Under the pieces are notes generated by a model. That model did not search any database. It worked only from the letters and a program-made list of their open reading frames with translations, and was not told the DNA's origin. The position numbers and the translations under genes were made by a program. This document shows, piece after piece, positions 1 to 11,442 of a DNA stretch of 64,000 nt. Origin of the DNA: an uncultured Planctomycetaceae bacterium. Lineage in GTDB: Bacteria > Planctomycetota > Planctomycetia > Isosphaerales > Isosphaeraceae. Within the stretch, counting starts at the first letter, position 1; each line of letters begins with the position of its first letter. The stretch lies in the NCBI GenBank assembly GCA_963833985.1, contig CAWIAD010000002.1, positions 320,001 to 384,000 of the forward strand. Reading direction: 5' to 3'.

Positions 1-1
1 C

Positions 2-3000
2 GGTCAGCTACGAGAGACGCTTTACCCTTCCAGGAACGCCAATGCCACCCTGCGCTGCTTCGTCTACACGCCTCCCGGTTATGAGAAGGATCTCTCCAGG
101 CGTTACCCCGTGTTGTATCTTCAGCACGGCGGCGGCGAGGATGAAACCGGCTGGGGCAGCCAGGGCCACACCGGTCTGATCATGGACAACCTGATCGCCG
201 CGGGTAAGGCAAGGCCCTTCATCATCGTGATGGCCAACAGTTATGTCCCCGGCGCCGCAAGTCCAGCTCGCCCACCGGCTGCTGCCACTCAACCCGGTGC
301 GGCAGCACCTGCCGGCGCTGCGGGCGGCGCACCGGCTCGCCGCGCATTCAACTTCACCGCGTTCGAGCGGGTCCTCATCGATGACCTGATCCCCTTCATT
401 GATGAGAACTTCCGCACTCTTGCCGATCAGCCTCATCGGGCCATGGCCGGTCTCTCCATGGGCGGCATGCAGACCCGAGTGATCACCCTGGCCCACCTCG
501 ACAAGTTCTCGCATATCGGCATCTTCAGCGGCGGAAGCATCTCGCCGTCAAACATCTCCGACATGGGCTCCTTCAAGCAGCAGGTCAAGGTCGTCTTCGT
601 CAGCTACGGCAGCCGCGAGAACGGCACTGCCGGCAAGAACAACGTGGAAGCGCTGCGTGATGCCGGCATCAAGAGCGTCTTCTATGAATCGCCTGAGACT
701 GCCCACGAGTGGCTGACCTGGCGGCGCTGCCTGCATGAATTCGCACCGCTCCTGTTCCAGGACCAGGCTCTTCCCACCGCGATCGCGCAGCAGCCGGCCG
801 AACCGCGTGCGGCGACGCCCGCGCCGGCGACCGTCCAGACGACCCACGCGCCGGCCGAGACCGCCTCTGCCGCGAAGATCCTCCGCATCAAGGCCGGCCA
901 GTCCACCCCCTTCAAGGACTCCAGCGGCAACGTCTGGCTGGCCGAGCAAGGCTTCGAGGGTGGCGACACGGTCGAGCGCGACCCGGGCACGGCCATCGCC
1001 GGAACCAAGGATCCGGGCCTGTACCTGAACGAGCACTATTCCATGGACTCGTTCTCCTGCAAGGTTCCCAATGGCAAGTATCTTGCGAAACTTTACTTCG
1101 CGGAGACCTTTGAGGGCATCACCGGCCCCGGCCAGCGTGTCTTCTCCTACAAGGTGCAGGGGCACGAATTCAAGGACTTTGATATCTGGGTCAAGGCCGG
1201 CGGCCCCAACCGCGCCTACGTCGAAACCGTACCCGTGGAAGTCACCAACGGGGAATTCCGGATCACCTTCGAGCCCAAGGTTCAAAACCCAGAGATCAAC
1301 GCCATCGAGCTCATCCCGCAGACCGCGCCGGCGCCGGCCGAGACCGCCTCTGCCGCGAAGATCCTCCGCATCAAGGCCGGCCAGTCCACCCCCTTCAAGG
1401 ACTCCAGCGGCAACGTCTGGCTGGCCGAGCAAGGCTTCGAGGGTGGCGCCACGGTCGAGCGCGATCCGGGCACGGCCATCGCCGGAACCAAGGATCCGGG
1501 CCTGTTCCTGAACGAGCACTATTCCATGGACTCGTTCTCCTGCAAGGTTCCCAACGGCAACTATCTCGCGAAGCTCTACTTCGCGGAGACCTTTGAGGGT
1601 ATCACCGGCCCCGGCCAGCGTGTCTTCTCCTACAAGGTGCAGGGGCACGAATTCAAGGACTTTGATATCTGGGTCAAGGCCGGCGGCCCCAACCGCGCCT
1701 ACGTCGAAACCGTACCCGTCGAGGTGACCAACGGGGAATTCCGGATCACCTTCGAGCCCAAGGTCGAAAACCCGGAGATCAACGCCATCGAGCTCATTCC
1801 GCAGACCGCGCCAGGCACCGGCGCGACAAGCCCGTCGCGTACAACACCCGTTCTCCAGGTCGATGCGGGCAAGGTCACTGGCAAGGTCAACCCCATGCTC
1901 TACGGGCTGATGACCGAGGAAATCAATTTCTCATACGAAGGGGGGATCTACGGAGAATTGATTCGTAATCGCACGTTCAAGTCGAATGGGCAGAATCCGG
2001 TTTACTGGAATGCCGTAGGCGACGCGAAGCTCTCGCTGGACACGAAGGAACCGCTCAACACCGCGTTGAACGTGAGCCTGAAACTGGACACCAGCAAGGC
2101 CACGGAGGGCTCGCCTGTCGGGATCGCCAACGAGGGCTTCTGGGGAATTCCTGTCCGCCCGAACACGACGTATCGCGCCTCGTTTTATGCCCGCGGAGAG
2201 CGTTTTTCTGGCCCGCTGACGGTCTCCCTGGAAACCAAGGAAGGTGGGAAACTCCTCGCGAGCGGCGTCGTTCCCAAGATCTCCGGTCAGTGGGAAAAGT
2301 ATGAAGTGACGCTGATCACGGCAAACGTTGAAGCCTCGAAAGGGAATCGTTTTGCGATCTCCACGAAGCGATCCGGTGAGCAAGGCTCGGTCTGGTTCCA
2401 GAACGTATCGCTCTTTCCGCCGACTTACAACAACCGCCCCAACGGCACGCGCCCGGACATCATGCAGTTGATGGCGGACATGAAGCCCGCGTTCCTGCGC
2501 TTCCCGGGCGGAAACTATCTTGAAGGCAACACCATTGCCGAACGCTTCCAGTGGAAGGAAACCCTTGGCGACGTGTCGCGGCGTCCCGGACACCGCAGCC
2601 CCTGGGGATACTGGTCCACCGACGGTTTTGGCCTGCTCGAGTTCCTGGAATGGTGCGAGGACCTGAACATGCAGCCGGTGCTGGCCGTATATGCGGGTTA
2701 CTCGCTGCGCGGGCAGCATGTGAATCCGGGTCCGGATCTTCAACCTTACGTGCAGGAGGCACTGGACGAGATCGAGTATGTCACCGGTGACGCGAACACG
2801 AAATGGGGAAGCCAGCGCGTGAAGGATGGCCACCCCAGGCCATTCAAGCTGACCTATGTCGAGGTCGGAAACGAAGACTGGTTCGACCGCAGTGGCAGCT
2901 ACGATGGCCGCTTCGCACAGTTCTACGACGCCATCAAGGCGAAGTATCCCGACCTGCAAATCATCTCCACCGTCGGCTACGAACATCCCGAATCCCAGCG

Positions 3001-3771
3001 CGTGCACAGCCGCGTGCCGGACCTGGTCGACGAACATTATTATCGTTCCCGAGAAGAAATGCAGGCGCACGCGCTCGACTATGACAGGTATTCGCGCTCG
3101 GACAAGACGAAGATCATGGTCGGAGAATGGGCGACCCGTGTCGGCTCGCCAACGCCCAACATGGCCGCGGCGCTCGGCGACGCTGCGTGGATGACAGGCA
3201 TGGAACGCAATTCGGACATCGTTGTGATGTCCTGCTATGCACCGCTTCTCGTCAACGTGAGCCAGCTCAGCGGACCGAACCGTTCCATGCAATGGAGTAC
3301 GGACCTGATCGGCTACGACGCGCTTCAGAGTTACGGCTCGCCTGCATACCACGCCCAGAAGATGTTCAGCACAATGCACGGAGATGAAATACTCGCGACC
3401 GATGCGCAAGAGATCCCGACGCACGAATGGCAGCCGAGAGCTTCGCGCGGGGCAGCCCTCCCCCTCCACGGCAAATCCGGGAGATCTTCTTCAGCGCCAC
3501 TCGCGACAGCAAGAGCGGGACCATTTATCTCAAGGTCGTGAACGTCGCCGGAGCTATGCAGCGAGTCCAGCTGCAAATCAAGGGCGCGCCCGGGACGCAA
3601 TTGGAAGGCGAGTCGGTGTCGCTGGCGGCTGACAGCCTGAACGACACGAACTCCCTGGAGCAGCCCCAGAAGCTCGTTCCGCACGTCGAAAACGCGGTGA
3701 ACGTGTACGCGGACGCTCCTCATGAGTTTCCGCCGTACTCCATCACGGTCCTGAAATTGAAATCAAAATAG
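2..3771 (+). CDS. Multidomain CAZyme: CE1-like esterase + 2 malectin-like domains + GH51 alpha-L-arabinofuranosidase (5' end outside the window; frameshift near 3450)
   Basis: Frame open from base 2 (VYTPPGY..YPVLYLQHG, GLSMGG nucleophile elbow, AHEW). Two near-identical ~160-aa repeats (LYFAET..GQRVF). GH51 motifs EEIN, RFPGGN, VGNE, GEW. C-terminus (IYLKVVN..FPPYSITVL) continues in ORF 3427-3771. Confidence 0.85.
848..1807 (+). repeat. Intragenic tandem duplication, 483-nt period, encoding two malectin-like modules
   Basis: ccggccgagaccgcctctgccgcgaagatcctccgc occurs at 851 and 1334; the copies are nearly identical. Confidence 0.95.
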
Positions 3772-3957
3772 CAAGACCGAAAGCACCGCCGGCGCTGGAC
3801 ACTCATCTCAAAAAGAGAGTGGCCACGGGGCACAGTCGCCGGCGTGCCGCCTTCGCCTGATTCCCCACTCAGGTCCAGATGGCGCGCTCAAGCGATGGTG
3901 AGACCGCGAGCGCACGGGGAACAATTCTGGCGTGACCGGCGCGGAAATGAGGGAGTC

Positions 3958-4365
3958 ATGCGACCGCCCCGGATGACAACACGGCTCTGGATGGCCGCTG
4001 TGGCCGTCGCAGCGCTCTGGATGAGCGGGTTTGTCGCCATTCGCGCCGTCTGGCAGCATTTTGTCGCCCTTGATCGCGTCGTTCATCACGCCGGGCTGGA
4101 ACAGACCTCGCGCTGGCTGGAGCAGCTTGGCCGCGACGAGTTGCAAACACTGGCTTTCGTTCCCTACGTGGCTGCGGAGCAACCGCAGGCCACGGGGAAT
4201 ACTGGGACGAACGAGCTGTTGAGGCCTGCTCTCGACGAGACGCGGCGCAATTTGGATCTCTGGCACCGCCAGGTGGAGTACCACGCCGCGATGGCACGCA
4301 AGTACCGCTATGTCGCCCTCTTTCCCTGGCTGCCCATCGAACCCGATCCGCCGGAGCCACATTAA
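3958..4365 (+). CDS. Hypothetical protein with an N-terminal hydrophobic segment, planctomycete-type family
   Basis: MRPPRMTTRLWMAAVAVAALW N-terminus; HAAMARKY..PWLPIEPDPPEP C-terminus; gagggag upstream of the ATG. Confidence 0.6.
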   Translation: MRPPRMTTRLWMAAVAVAALWMSGFVAIRAVWQHFVALDRVVHHAGLEQTSRWLEQLGRDELQTLAFVPYVAAEQPQATGNTGTNELLRPALDETRRNLDLWHRQVEYHAAMARKYRYVALFPWLPIEPDPPEPH

Positions 4366-4378
4366 AATGCAAATAGGT

Positions 4379-6532
4379 TCATGTTGACACACCAGGACGC
4401 TGCGCCCGCAGGTCACGGTAGCGGGTTACCACGGCCAGGCCGAATCCACCTGCCAGGCTGATCCCGCCGACGACGAACGCCAGCCAGTAGCAGTCGAGGA
4501 GCGCCGGGGTCGATGGCTCGAGCTCAAGCTGCCCAAGCAGCGGGCCCGGCCCCAGGCTGGCCAGGAAGCGTTCGAGGGCGAAATCGGCCGCGGGGATCGG
4601 CCCGAACACGCACTCCTCCACATCCAGTCGAATGGTACGGCGTTTACGATTGTTCGTCCGGACGGACGAGCGCAGGACGGGGCGGCCGTCGGGATGGTCG
4701 TACTCGTAGCGGCAATCCGAGACGAGCTTCTCCCTGGGCTGTTCGTAGTGTTCCGAGCGGACCACGAACGAGTCGTCGACCGCGAAGACGAACGTGAGGG
4801 CCTGGCGATCGACCTCGCGGGCCCCCGGCGGTGACCGCAACCCGAGCGTGAGCCGCGGGTGCCCATCGTCGGTCGAGGTGCTCAGCCGGGACACTTCGAG
4901 GTCGAGGGAGATCCCATCGTCCTTGAGGGTCAGGGGGAATTGCAGCAGGGCGGCCCCGCCGTGGGTGGCGATGAACGCGTTGTGGCTCGAGTCGTCCGAC
5001 TCAACCTTGCCCGGAGCGCGCTGGTAGGCTTGCAACCTCCAGGCCCCGGGCCTGGGGCCGAGATCGCGGAAGGCCCAGAGTGAATGGTCGGGATGGTTCA
5101 GGGTCGCCGTCTCGGTCCTCCACTCGCCCGAGCCCCCGCGCCGATACCGGACGACGGAGAACGGTTCTGAACGAAGCAGTGTGAGTTGCTCCTTGTACTC
5201 GGTGGTGGCCGGATGCTCGCGGTCGGCCTCGCTGCCAACTCGGATCTGGAACAAGGTCCTCATCCGGACCTGATCGTAGGGGGCGACGAGGCGGGCGGCG
5301 GCGGCGAAGTAATCCGCCAGGAAGGCCTCCCAGGCCGCGGGATCGATGCTGGGGCCGAGTTTGAGGCCCTTCAGCCAGCGCCGGGAGGGTGGGCCGGCAC
5401 GCCGGGCGGTCTGCTCAATATCTGCCCAGACGGCGGCGTCCAGGTCGTCGAGCCCGATCCCCAGTGCTGCGCGGCAGTCGGCCTCGAACGTGGCCTGCTG
5501 GCAAGTCGTGTACAGCTTCAAGAATCGCTCGGGGCCGTACTCGCGGAGGAGGTAGTTGACCAGCGTGGCACCCTGGTTATAGGCCGCCGGCCCTGAATAC
5601 CAGTATCGATCCGGCGCGACCAGTTGTCGCAGGGTCAAGCTCCGGCCCTTCTCGCGGTCGTTCCAGGCGGCGCGGGCGAGTTGTTCGGCAGGGATCCCCT
5701 GGTTGGCCTCAGCCCAGCCTTCGATGAGGACTCTCGGCGGGTCGCTTTCGGCCGTTTCCGTCGCGGTCAGCACGCAGTGAGCGACCTCGTGGCGGTCCAG
5801 CTCCGTCAGGCCGTCGGCTCCGGGCGGGAACTGGCCGACTGCGGACCCGATCGCCATGTCGTAGATGGAACAGTGCTGGAGACCAAAAAGCGGCCCCCGA
5901 TACCAGACGATCGGCCAGGTCGCGGACTGGTCAAGCCGGGCCAGCAAGGCTGCAACGTGCCGGTCCATCGCGGCCACCTGGGCGCGGGCGTCGTCGGCTC
6001 GCGCCCCGACCATCGTCACCCACCTCCCCGGCGTCCGCTGCGGATAGAACCAGTGTGCTCCCAGGTCCGCAAGGGGTCGTGCCAGTGGTTCCAGGACCCT
6101 GGACGGCCACCTGGGGGGCACATGGCGGTCAAACGACGGTCGCACCGCGATCAGGATGTGCCCGGCCAGGAACCAGAACGGAGCCGTCCCCACCAGCAGG
6201 CCCGCCAGAGCCCGGTCGCGGCGTGGGCCGCGAATGAGGCGGACGGTCGCCGCGATCACCAGGCCGAGACCCGCCGCGAACATCAGCACCGCCAGGCCGA
6301 CCGGGAGGATCGGGTTCGGGTTCCAGATTCGCGAGGCGTTCAGTGCCTCGGCCAGGCCGAGGGCCCCGATCCAGGCACCCCAGACGGTGAAGACCCAGAG
6401 AGCCAGCATCGGTAGATTCACGGCCAGGAGGTAAGCGGGCCCTACGTTCGTTCTGGACGTGTCCGGTTTGCACCCTGTCGCAGTCGAGCATGGTGGGCAG
6501 AGTGTCCGTTTTCCAGGCGACGACCAGGTCAT
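4379..6532 (-). CDS. Membrane-anchored protein with a zincin (peptidase MA-like) domain; start uncertain
   Basis: Three N-terminal hydrophobic helices, HEVAH (HEXXH) followed by EGWAE, and a C-terminal TM helix. Confidence 0.65.
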   Translation of the reverse strand: MTWSSPGKRTLCPPCSTATGCKPDTSRTNVGPAYLLAVNLPMLALWVFTVWGAWIGALGLAEALNASRIWNPNPILPVGLAVLMFAAGLGLVIAATVRLIRGPRRDRALAGLLVGTAPFWFLAGHILIAVRPSFDRHVPPRWPSRVLEPLARPLADLGAHWFYPQRTPGRWVTMVGARADDARAQVAAMDRHVAALLARLDQSATWPIVWYRGPLFGLQHCSIYDMAIGSAVGQFPPGADGLTELDRHEVAHCVLTATETAESDPPRVLIEGWAEANQGIPAEQLARAAWNDREKGRSLTLRQLVAPDRYWYSGPAAYNQGATLVNYLLREYGPERFLKLYTTCQQATFEADCRAALGIGLDDLDAAVWADIEQTARRAGPPSRRWLKGLKLGPSIDPAAWEAFLADYFAAAARLVAPYDQVRMRTLFQIRVGSEADREHPATTEYKEQLTLLRSEPFSVVRYRRGGSGEWRTETATLNHPDHSLWAFRDLGPRPGAWRLQAYQRAPGKVESDDSSHNAFIATHGGAALLQFPLTLKDDGISLDLEVSRLSTSTDDGHPRLTLGLRSPPGAREVDRQALTFVFAVDDSFVVRSEHYEQPREKLVSDCRYEYDHPDGRPVLRSSVRTNNRKRRTIRLDVEECVFGPIPAADFALERFLASLGPGPLLGQLELEPSTPALLDCYWLAFVVGGISLAGGFGLAVVTRYRDLRAQRPGVST

Positions 6533-6695
6533 AAGTTTGACAAAAGTCGGAAGGGCGCGTCAAGCTGGTTCGGCAGAGTGTTTGTGACCGTCCGGCTGAG
6601 CAGGGCAGTGGGAAAAACCGCGATCGGACAGATGCCGCCACCCACTTTTCCCTTGAGACTGGCAGCGATTCCCTCCAGGAACTGAGGAGCAACCG

Positions 6696-8231
6696 ATGCA
6701 CGTACTTTCATACATGAAGCTCACCGCTGTGTTCGTCGCGGCTCTTCTTGTCCCCTCGTCATCGGGCATCGCGAATGCTCAGCCGGTCCAGACAGGAGAT
6801 GTGATGAGAGCCAGGGCGACAGGGCAGCCGTCGCAAGCTTCCCTGGCCGAGCTTCTGCGGGAAGCCGTTCAGCATGCCAGTTCTCTGAAAGACGCGCGGT
6901 CCCGCTCCGGGCTATTCGTCGCCGTCGCCAAGGCTCGTTCCAAGTCTGACGATCAACCTGGGGCGCGAATCGCCTTCCACCAGGCCATCCAGGCCTCAGA
7001 CGCCATTGCAGAAAAATCCACGGCTATCTACGTTCTGGAAGACATTGCTGTGGCTCAGATCGGGTCCGGGGATGGGGCGCTGGCACTTGCGACAATGCGC
7101 CATGCTCTGGATATCGCCAACAGCATACGCGACGAACACCAGCGGAACACCAGTCGAATGTGGATCGTCAGAACATTCGCTCGCGGGGGCGATGTGGACA
7201 CTGCACTCCACATCGTGAACGACCTACCCGAGCTCGGAGACTACAAAGCGCGTGCCCTGGCCAACGTCATGGACGGCCTGAAGCAGTCGGGCAGAGCCGC
7301 CATGAACCAATTCTTGCCCACGCTGCTCCAGACTGCCGGGAAAATGCAGAATCAGGCGCTTCAGGCGAAATGCCTGCAAGGGGTCGCTGAAGCGCTTGCG
7401 GCAGCCGGAGACATCGAGGGAGCTCTCAAGATCGCCGAGGCCTTCGACAAAGCCGTTGCGGAACTTGACCCGGCAAATCGCATACGCCCGAATGTCCTCC
7501 ATGAACAGATATTCGTTCTCTCGTCCCTTGCCAAGGCCCAGGCCAAAGCCGGAAACCGCGAGGAAGCGGCCATGAGCTTCAAGAAGGCCGTCGACCTTGC
7601 GAGCGTTTTGCCCACGGAAGGTGAGTCCCTTCGATCGGACCGTCTCAGCAGAGTCGTTCGTGACCAGGTTGATGGCGGCGACATCGAAGGAGCAATCCGG
7701 ACCACCGACCTGATCGTCTACGAGTACTCAAGAGCCAACGCTCTGATCACGATCGCCGAGGCCCAGGCGAAGGCCGGCAGGCACGAGCAGGCCCGCCTCC
7801 TCTTCGGCAAGGCCATTCAAGCCGCCAACGAGATTCACATCCGGGATGTCCAGCGCGACCGCCCTCAGAACTTCAACTTGAACTTACCTGTATGTCTTCA
7901 GACCGTCGCGTTCGTGCAGGCGAGAGCGGGATTCACCAACGAAGCGGTTGAAACGGCCATGACGATCGACTCGCCCAAGTGGAGAAACAGCGCGCTGTCG
8001 ATCATTGCACCCATCTTGGCCAGGGCTGGAGATCTGAAGCAGGCCGTTGAATTACTGGGCAGAATCGACGACGAAAAATCAAGGGATTATGCAATGCAAG
8101 GGATTGCAGAAGGGCAGGCGCAGAGGGGAGACATTCCGGCTGCCCTGGAATGGGCCAGGAGCCGAGCCACTCCTGAAGCACGGGCCAATGCCTTTCTCGG
8201 TCTTGCGCGTGCGGTCGCAGGCGGCACGTAA
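6696..8231 (+). CDS. Secreted alpha-solenoid (TPR-like repeat) protein
   Basis: Signal-peptide-like N-terminus; repeated A..QA.AGD...A helical motifs; gaggag RBS. Confidence 0.75.
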   Translation: MHVLSYMKLTAVFVAALLVPSSSGIANAQPVQTGDVMRARATGQPSQASLAELLREAVQHASSLKDARSRSGLFVAVAKARSKSDDQPGARIAFHQAIQASDAIAEKSTAIYVLEDIAVAQIGSGDGALALATMRHALDIANSIRDEHQRNTSRMWIVRTFARGGDVDTALHIVNDLPELGDYKARALANVMDGLKQSGRAAMNQFLPTLLQTAGKMQNQALQAKCLQGVAEALAAAGDIEGALKIAEAFDKAVAELDPANRIRPNVLHEQIFVLSSLAKAQAKAGNREEAAMSFKKAVDLASVLPTEGESLRSDRLSRVVRDQVDGGDIEGAIRTTDLIVYEYSRANALITIAEAQAKAGRHEQARLLFGKAIQAANEIHIRDVQRDRPQNFNLNLPVCLQTVAFVQARAGFTNEAVETAMTIDSPKWRNSALSIIAPILARAGDLKQAVELLGRIDDEKSRDYAMQGIAEGQAQRGDIPAALEWARSRATPEARANAFLGLARAVAGGT

Positions 8232-8646
8232 TCTCATGCCAGAGACCCGGTACATCAGGCAACCCTTGCGAGATCACACATCGGTCTGCCCAGGTCAAGT
8301 CCGCCCGCGATGCGGATGGGGCTCATGTTCCACTGGAACAAAACCATTGAATCTTCCGTGACGGACTGAACTGCAACTCTGCAAGAAACTGCCATTGGCC
8401 AGCGCAGGGTTTTTCTGTAAAGTTCGACCGCCAGGCAACCGACAGAGAGAGTTGGAGCGTGGTCACTTCTTCGAGACAGCCTCTCATGACGATGGAGCAG
8501 TACTCGGTACGGGGCTAGCTATTCCGCCGTCCCCATTCCCTGTGGTCTCGGAGTGTTGGAGCCGGGCCTGGGCCCATGCATGCGAGGGTCGTGATCTCGA
8601 ACCGCGCAGGTATGAATCTTCCCTGGTTGCAACACGGAGGTTCGCC

Positions 8647-9036
8647 ATGCAAAACACCCGTTGGATCTTGCAGAACGGGCGGAGAGCCCTGCGCGTCGCC
8701 CTGGCCGGCGGGTTGTGCTGCTGCGGCTGGGGGTGCCATCAGCACTTCTATTACTATGGAAACCCGCCGGGCATGGCCCAGGGATGTCCGCCGGGCACCA
8801 CGATCATGCCCAGCGGAGTGACGACCACCGGCCCGGTCTGCGAGGTTCCCGTCGAGGGATCGTCGTCGAACGTGCTGCGCTCGACCACGGTGAGCGACGG
8901 TAAGAACTCCCGGGTGGTGGTGAGCACGCCGTCCAACGGTATCGCATCGCGGTTCGGCTGGAAGGCGTCCGACCCGGATTCCGTGCCCGCGATCACGCAG
9001 GTCGAGGGCGGCATCCAGTCGTCCACGGTCAAGTAA
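8647..9036 (+). CDS. Hypothetical secreted protein or lipoprotein
   Basis: ggagg RBS; basic N-region, hydrophobic stretch and LCCCGWGC lipobox-like end. Confidence 0.55.
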   Translation: MQNTRWILQNGRRALRVALAGGLCCCGWGCHQHFYYYGNPPGMAQGCPPGTTIMPSGVTTTGPVCEVPVEGSSSNVLRSTTVSDGKNSRVVVSTPSNGIASRFGWKASDPDSVPAITQVEGGIQSSTVK

Positions 9037-9042
9037 CCGCCA

Positions 9043-9888
9043 ATGAATTCCCGGGCACGAAACTGGAGCGAGACGCGCGCGCTCGTCACGGGGGCATCGT
9101 CCGGGTTGGGGCAAGCCCTGGCCGAGCATCTCGTCCGCGCCGGGGCAACGGTGATCTTGACCGGAAGGTCCGCGCAGCGTCTCGGCGCGGTCGTGGAAGG
9201 GCTGGCGCGTGAAGGATCCGACCCGGCACGGATGACGTGCATCGCGGCTGAGTTGACCAGCGACGAGGCTCGTCACGGGCTCTTTACCCGGATCCGCGAG
9301 CGGTTCGGTGCCCTGGACCTGGTGATCAATAACGCCGGCGTGGGTGCCACCGGACAGTTCGAGACGCACGACCCTTCCGTGCTGCGGCGCGTCTTCGAGA
9401 TCAATGTCTTCGCCATGGCCGAGGTCTGTCGCGAGGCATTGCCACTACTTGCCGCCGGCCGCGACCCGGTGATGGTTACCATGGGCTCGGTGAACGCCCG
9501 CCGCGCCCTGCCGGGCCGCTCCGAATACTGTGCCAGCAAGTTCGCCGTGAGCGGGTTCACGGAGGCGATCCGCGTCGAATGGCGGCGGTTCGGCATCCAC
9601 GTGCTTCAGGTCAACCCTGGGTTCACAGCCACGCCCTTTGACAAGAACGCGGTGGTGAACACGGCCCGTGTCTCGGTGACTCATCGCCGCACAATGTCGC
9701 CCGATGCCGTGGCCCGCGCCACGCTGCGCGCCATCGAGCGCCGGCGGCGCGAGATCACGCTGGGATGGCAAGGCAGGCTCTTCGTCCTGGCCAGCACCCT
9801 GGCGCCTCGGTTCGTGGACTGGGGTCTGACGCGCTGGCTGCTGCGGCACTTCCCTGACGCGCCGGTTCTCAGGGACGCCCGAGGCTGA
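9043..9888 (+). CDS. SDR family NAD(P)-dependent oxidoreductase
   Basis: TGASSGLG, NNAG and YCASK motifs. Confidence 0.92.
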   Translation: MNSRARNWSETRALVTGASSGLGQALAEHLVRAGATVILTGRSAQRLGAVVEGLAREGSDPARMTCIAAELTSDEARHGLFTRIRERFGALDLVINNAGVGATGQFETHDPSVLRRVFEINVFAMAEVCREALPLLAAGRDPVMVTMGSVNARRALPGRSEYCASKFAVSGFTEAIRVEWRRFGIHVLQVNPGFTATPFDKNAVVNTARVSVTHRRTMSPDAVARATLRAIERRRREITLGWQGRLFVLASTLAPRFVDWGLTRWLLRHFPDAPVLRDARG

Positions 9889-9916
9889 TACACTCGAATC
9901 GGGCAGAGACCTTCAC

Positions 9917-10064
9917 TTAGGGCAGTTTTCTGACGGTTGCAGGCAGCTTCTGAGTTTTGGAAAGGGCGGCAGACATTCCTGTCTGCCAGGGCGGGCTTGC
10001 TCCGGCAGGCAGGAATGCCTGCCCCCCGGTCTTCAGTCTGCGATCCAAGTGAAAACCGCTCTAA
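9917..10064. repeat. MITE-like element containing an inverted pair of REP-like palindromes
   Basis: Ends ttagggcagttttct / tgaaaaccgctctaa match 12/15 as an inverted repeat. Internal palindromes ggcagacattcctgtctgcc (9968-9987) and ggcaggcaggaatgcctgcc (10004-10023). Confidence 0.55.
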
Positions 10065-10326
10065 ACCTGATACCGTTGAAATAGCGTTCACAAAAAGGGG
10101 CAAGAGGTTTGCAACAGACCTGTTCCGACGCGAAGCGTTGGAATGAAGGACAAACCTATGCCTGCACTCAACTTATCGCTATGTCAACAGTATTGCACTT
10201 AAACCGGACGAGCTGGACGCGGTCCGTGAAGAGCGCCCTGGACTCAAGAGAGCGCGAACTGACTCGTGGAAGGCTTCGCAGTGCCGGTCAGAATCCGGCG
10301 GATGTCTATTAATCTGGGACTGCTCG

Positions 10327-11442
10327 ATGGCTAAGCTCAAGACACTCGAGATCAAGGGCTATCGCTCCATCAAGGACGCGCGGCTTGAGCTCGGCCCGTT
10401 GAACGTAATGATCGGCGCGAATGGAACCGGCAAGAGCAACCTCATCTCGCTCTTCAAGATGCTCAATGAAATGGTAAGCGAGCGTCTGCAGGCGTACATC
10501 GGTTCCACAGGTCGCGGTCAATCGCTCCTTTACCTTGGTCCAAAGGTAACGCCCCAACTCGAGGCCATTCTTGAATTTGACACTGGGGATGCGATCGACA
10601 CCTACCAATTCCGCCTGATCCATGCTGCCAACGACACCCTCATGTTCGCGGACGAGACCCTGGACTCTCGACGCCTGGTCTTGGCGGACCCGCACCGGCC
10701 GCCGATGTCACTGGGGACGGGGCATATGGAAAGTGCCTTGATTGGGCGCGCGGCTCAGGGGGACGAGACGGTCCGAAACTTTCGCCACATTCTGAATAGC
10801 TGCCGTGTCTACCATTTCCATGACACATCGCTTTCAGCCCGCATCCGACTCTTCTCTTACGTCAACGATAACCGCTGGTTGATGCCGGACGGGGGAAATC
10901 TGGCGTCGATGCTCTTTCGATATCGTCAAACAGCGGGCATGGTCTACCGACGCATTGTCTCGACCCTTCGAAAGCTGCTGCGTGAGTTCGATGATTTCGT
11001 TCTTGAGCCGAGCAGCCTCAACCGAAACGAGATCATCCTGAACTGGCGGAAATACGGTTCGGACTATTTGCTCGGTCCGCACCAGATTTCGGATGGGACG
11101 CTTCGGGCAATGGCCATCCTGACGCTCCTTCTTCAACCCGAGGAAGAGCTGCCGGATGTCATCATCCTCGATGAACCAGAACTGGGTCTTCATCCGCAAG
11201 CGCTTGAACTCGTAGCGGGTTTAATCAGGGCCGCTGCCTCACGCTCACAGGTAATCATAGCAACTCAATCACAGACGCTTCTCAACTTCTTCGAGCCGTC
11301 GGAAATCATCGCGGTTGGATTACATGAAGGGAGTTCTGCCTTTCAAAGGCTTGAGCCGGAGCCGTTGAGGGACTGGCTTGAAGACTATTCGATCGGGGAG
11401 TTGTGGCAAAGAAATGTGATCGGCGCGGGCCCCCTGCCTTGA
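10327..11442 (+). CDS. ABC/SMC-like ATPase (AAA_21-type)
   Basis: Walker A GANGTGKS, signature ISDGT, Walker B IILDEPE, ATQS. Confidence 0.9.
   Translation: MAKLKTLEIKGYRSIKDARLELGPLNVMIGANGTGKSNLISLFKMLNEMVSERLQAYIGSTGRGQSLLYLGPKVTPQLEAILEFDTGDAIDTYQFRLIHAANDTLMFADETLDSRRLVLADPHRPPMSLGTGHMESALIGRAAQGDETVRNFRHILNSCRVYHFHDTSLSARIRLFSYVNDNRWLMPDGGNLASMLFRYRQTAGMVYRRIVSTLRKLLREFDDFVLEPSSLNRNEIILNWRKYGSDYLLGPHQISDGTLRAMAILTLLLQPEEELPDVIILDEPELGLHPQALELVAGLIRAAASRSQVIIATQSQTLLNFFEPSEIIAVGLHEGSSAFQRLEPEPLRDWLEDYSIGELWQRNVIGAGPLP

Noticed and set aside
10109..10312. Short ORFs upstream of the ATPase
   Set aside because: No motif or clear RBS; may be a remnant but cannot be supported.
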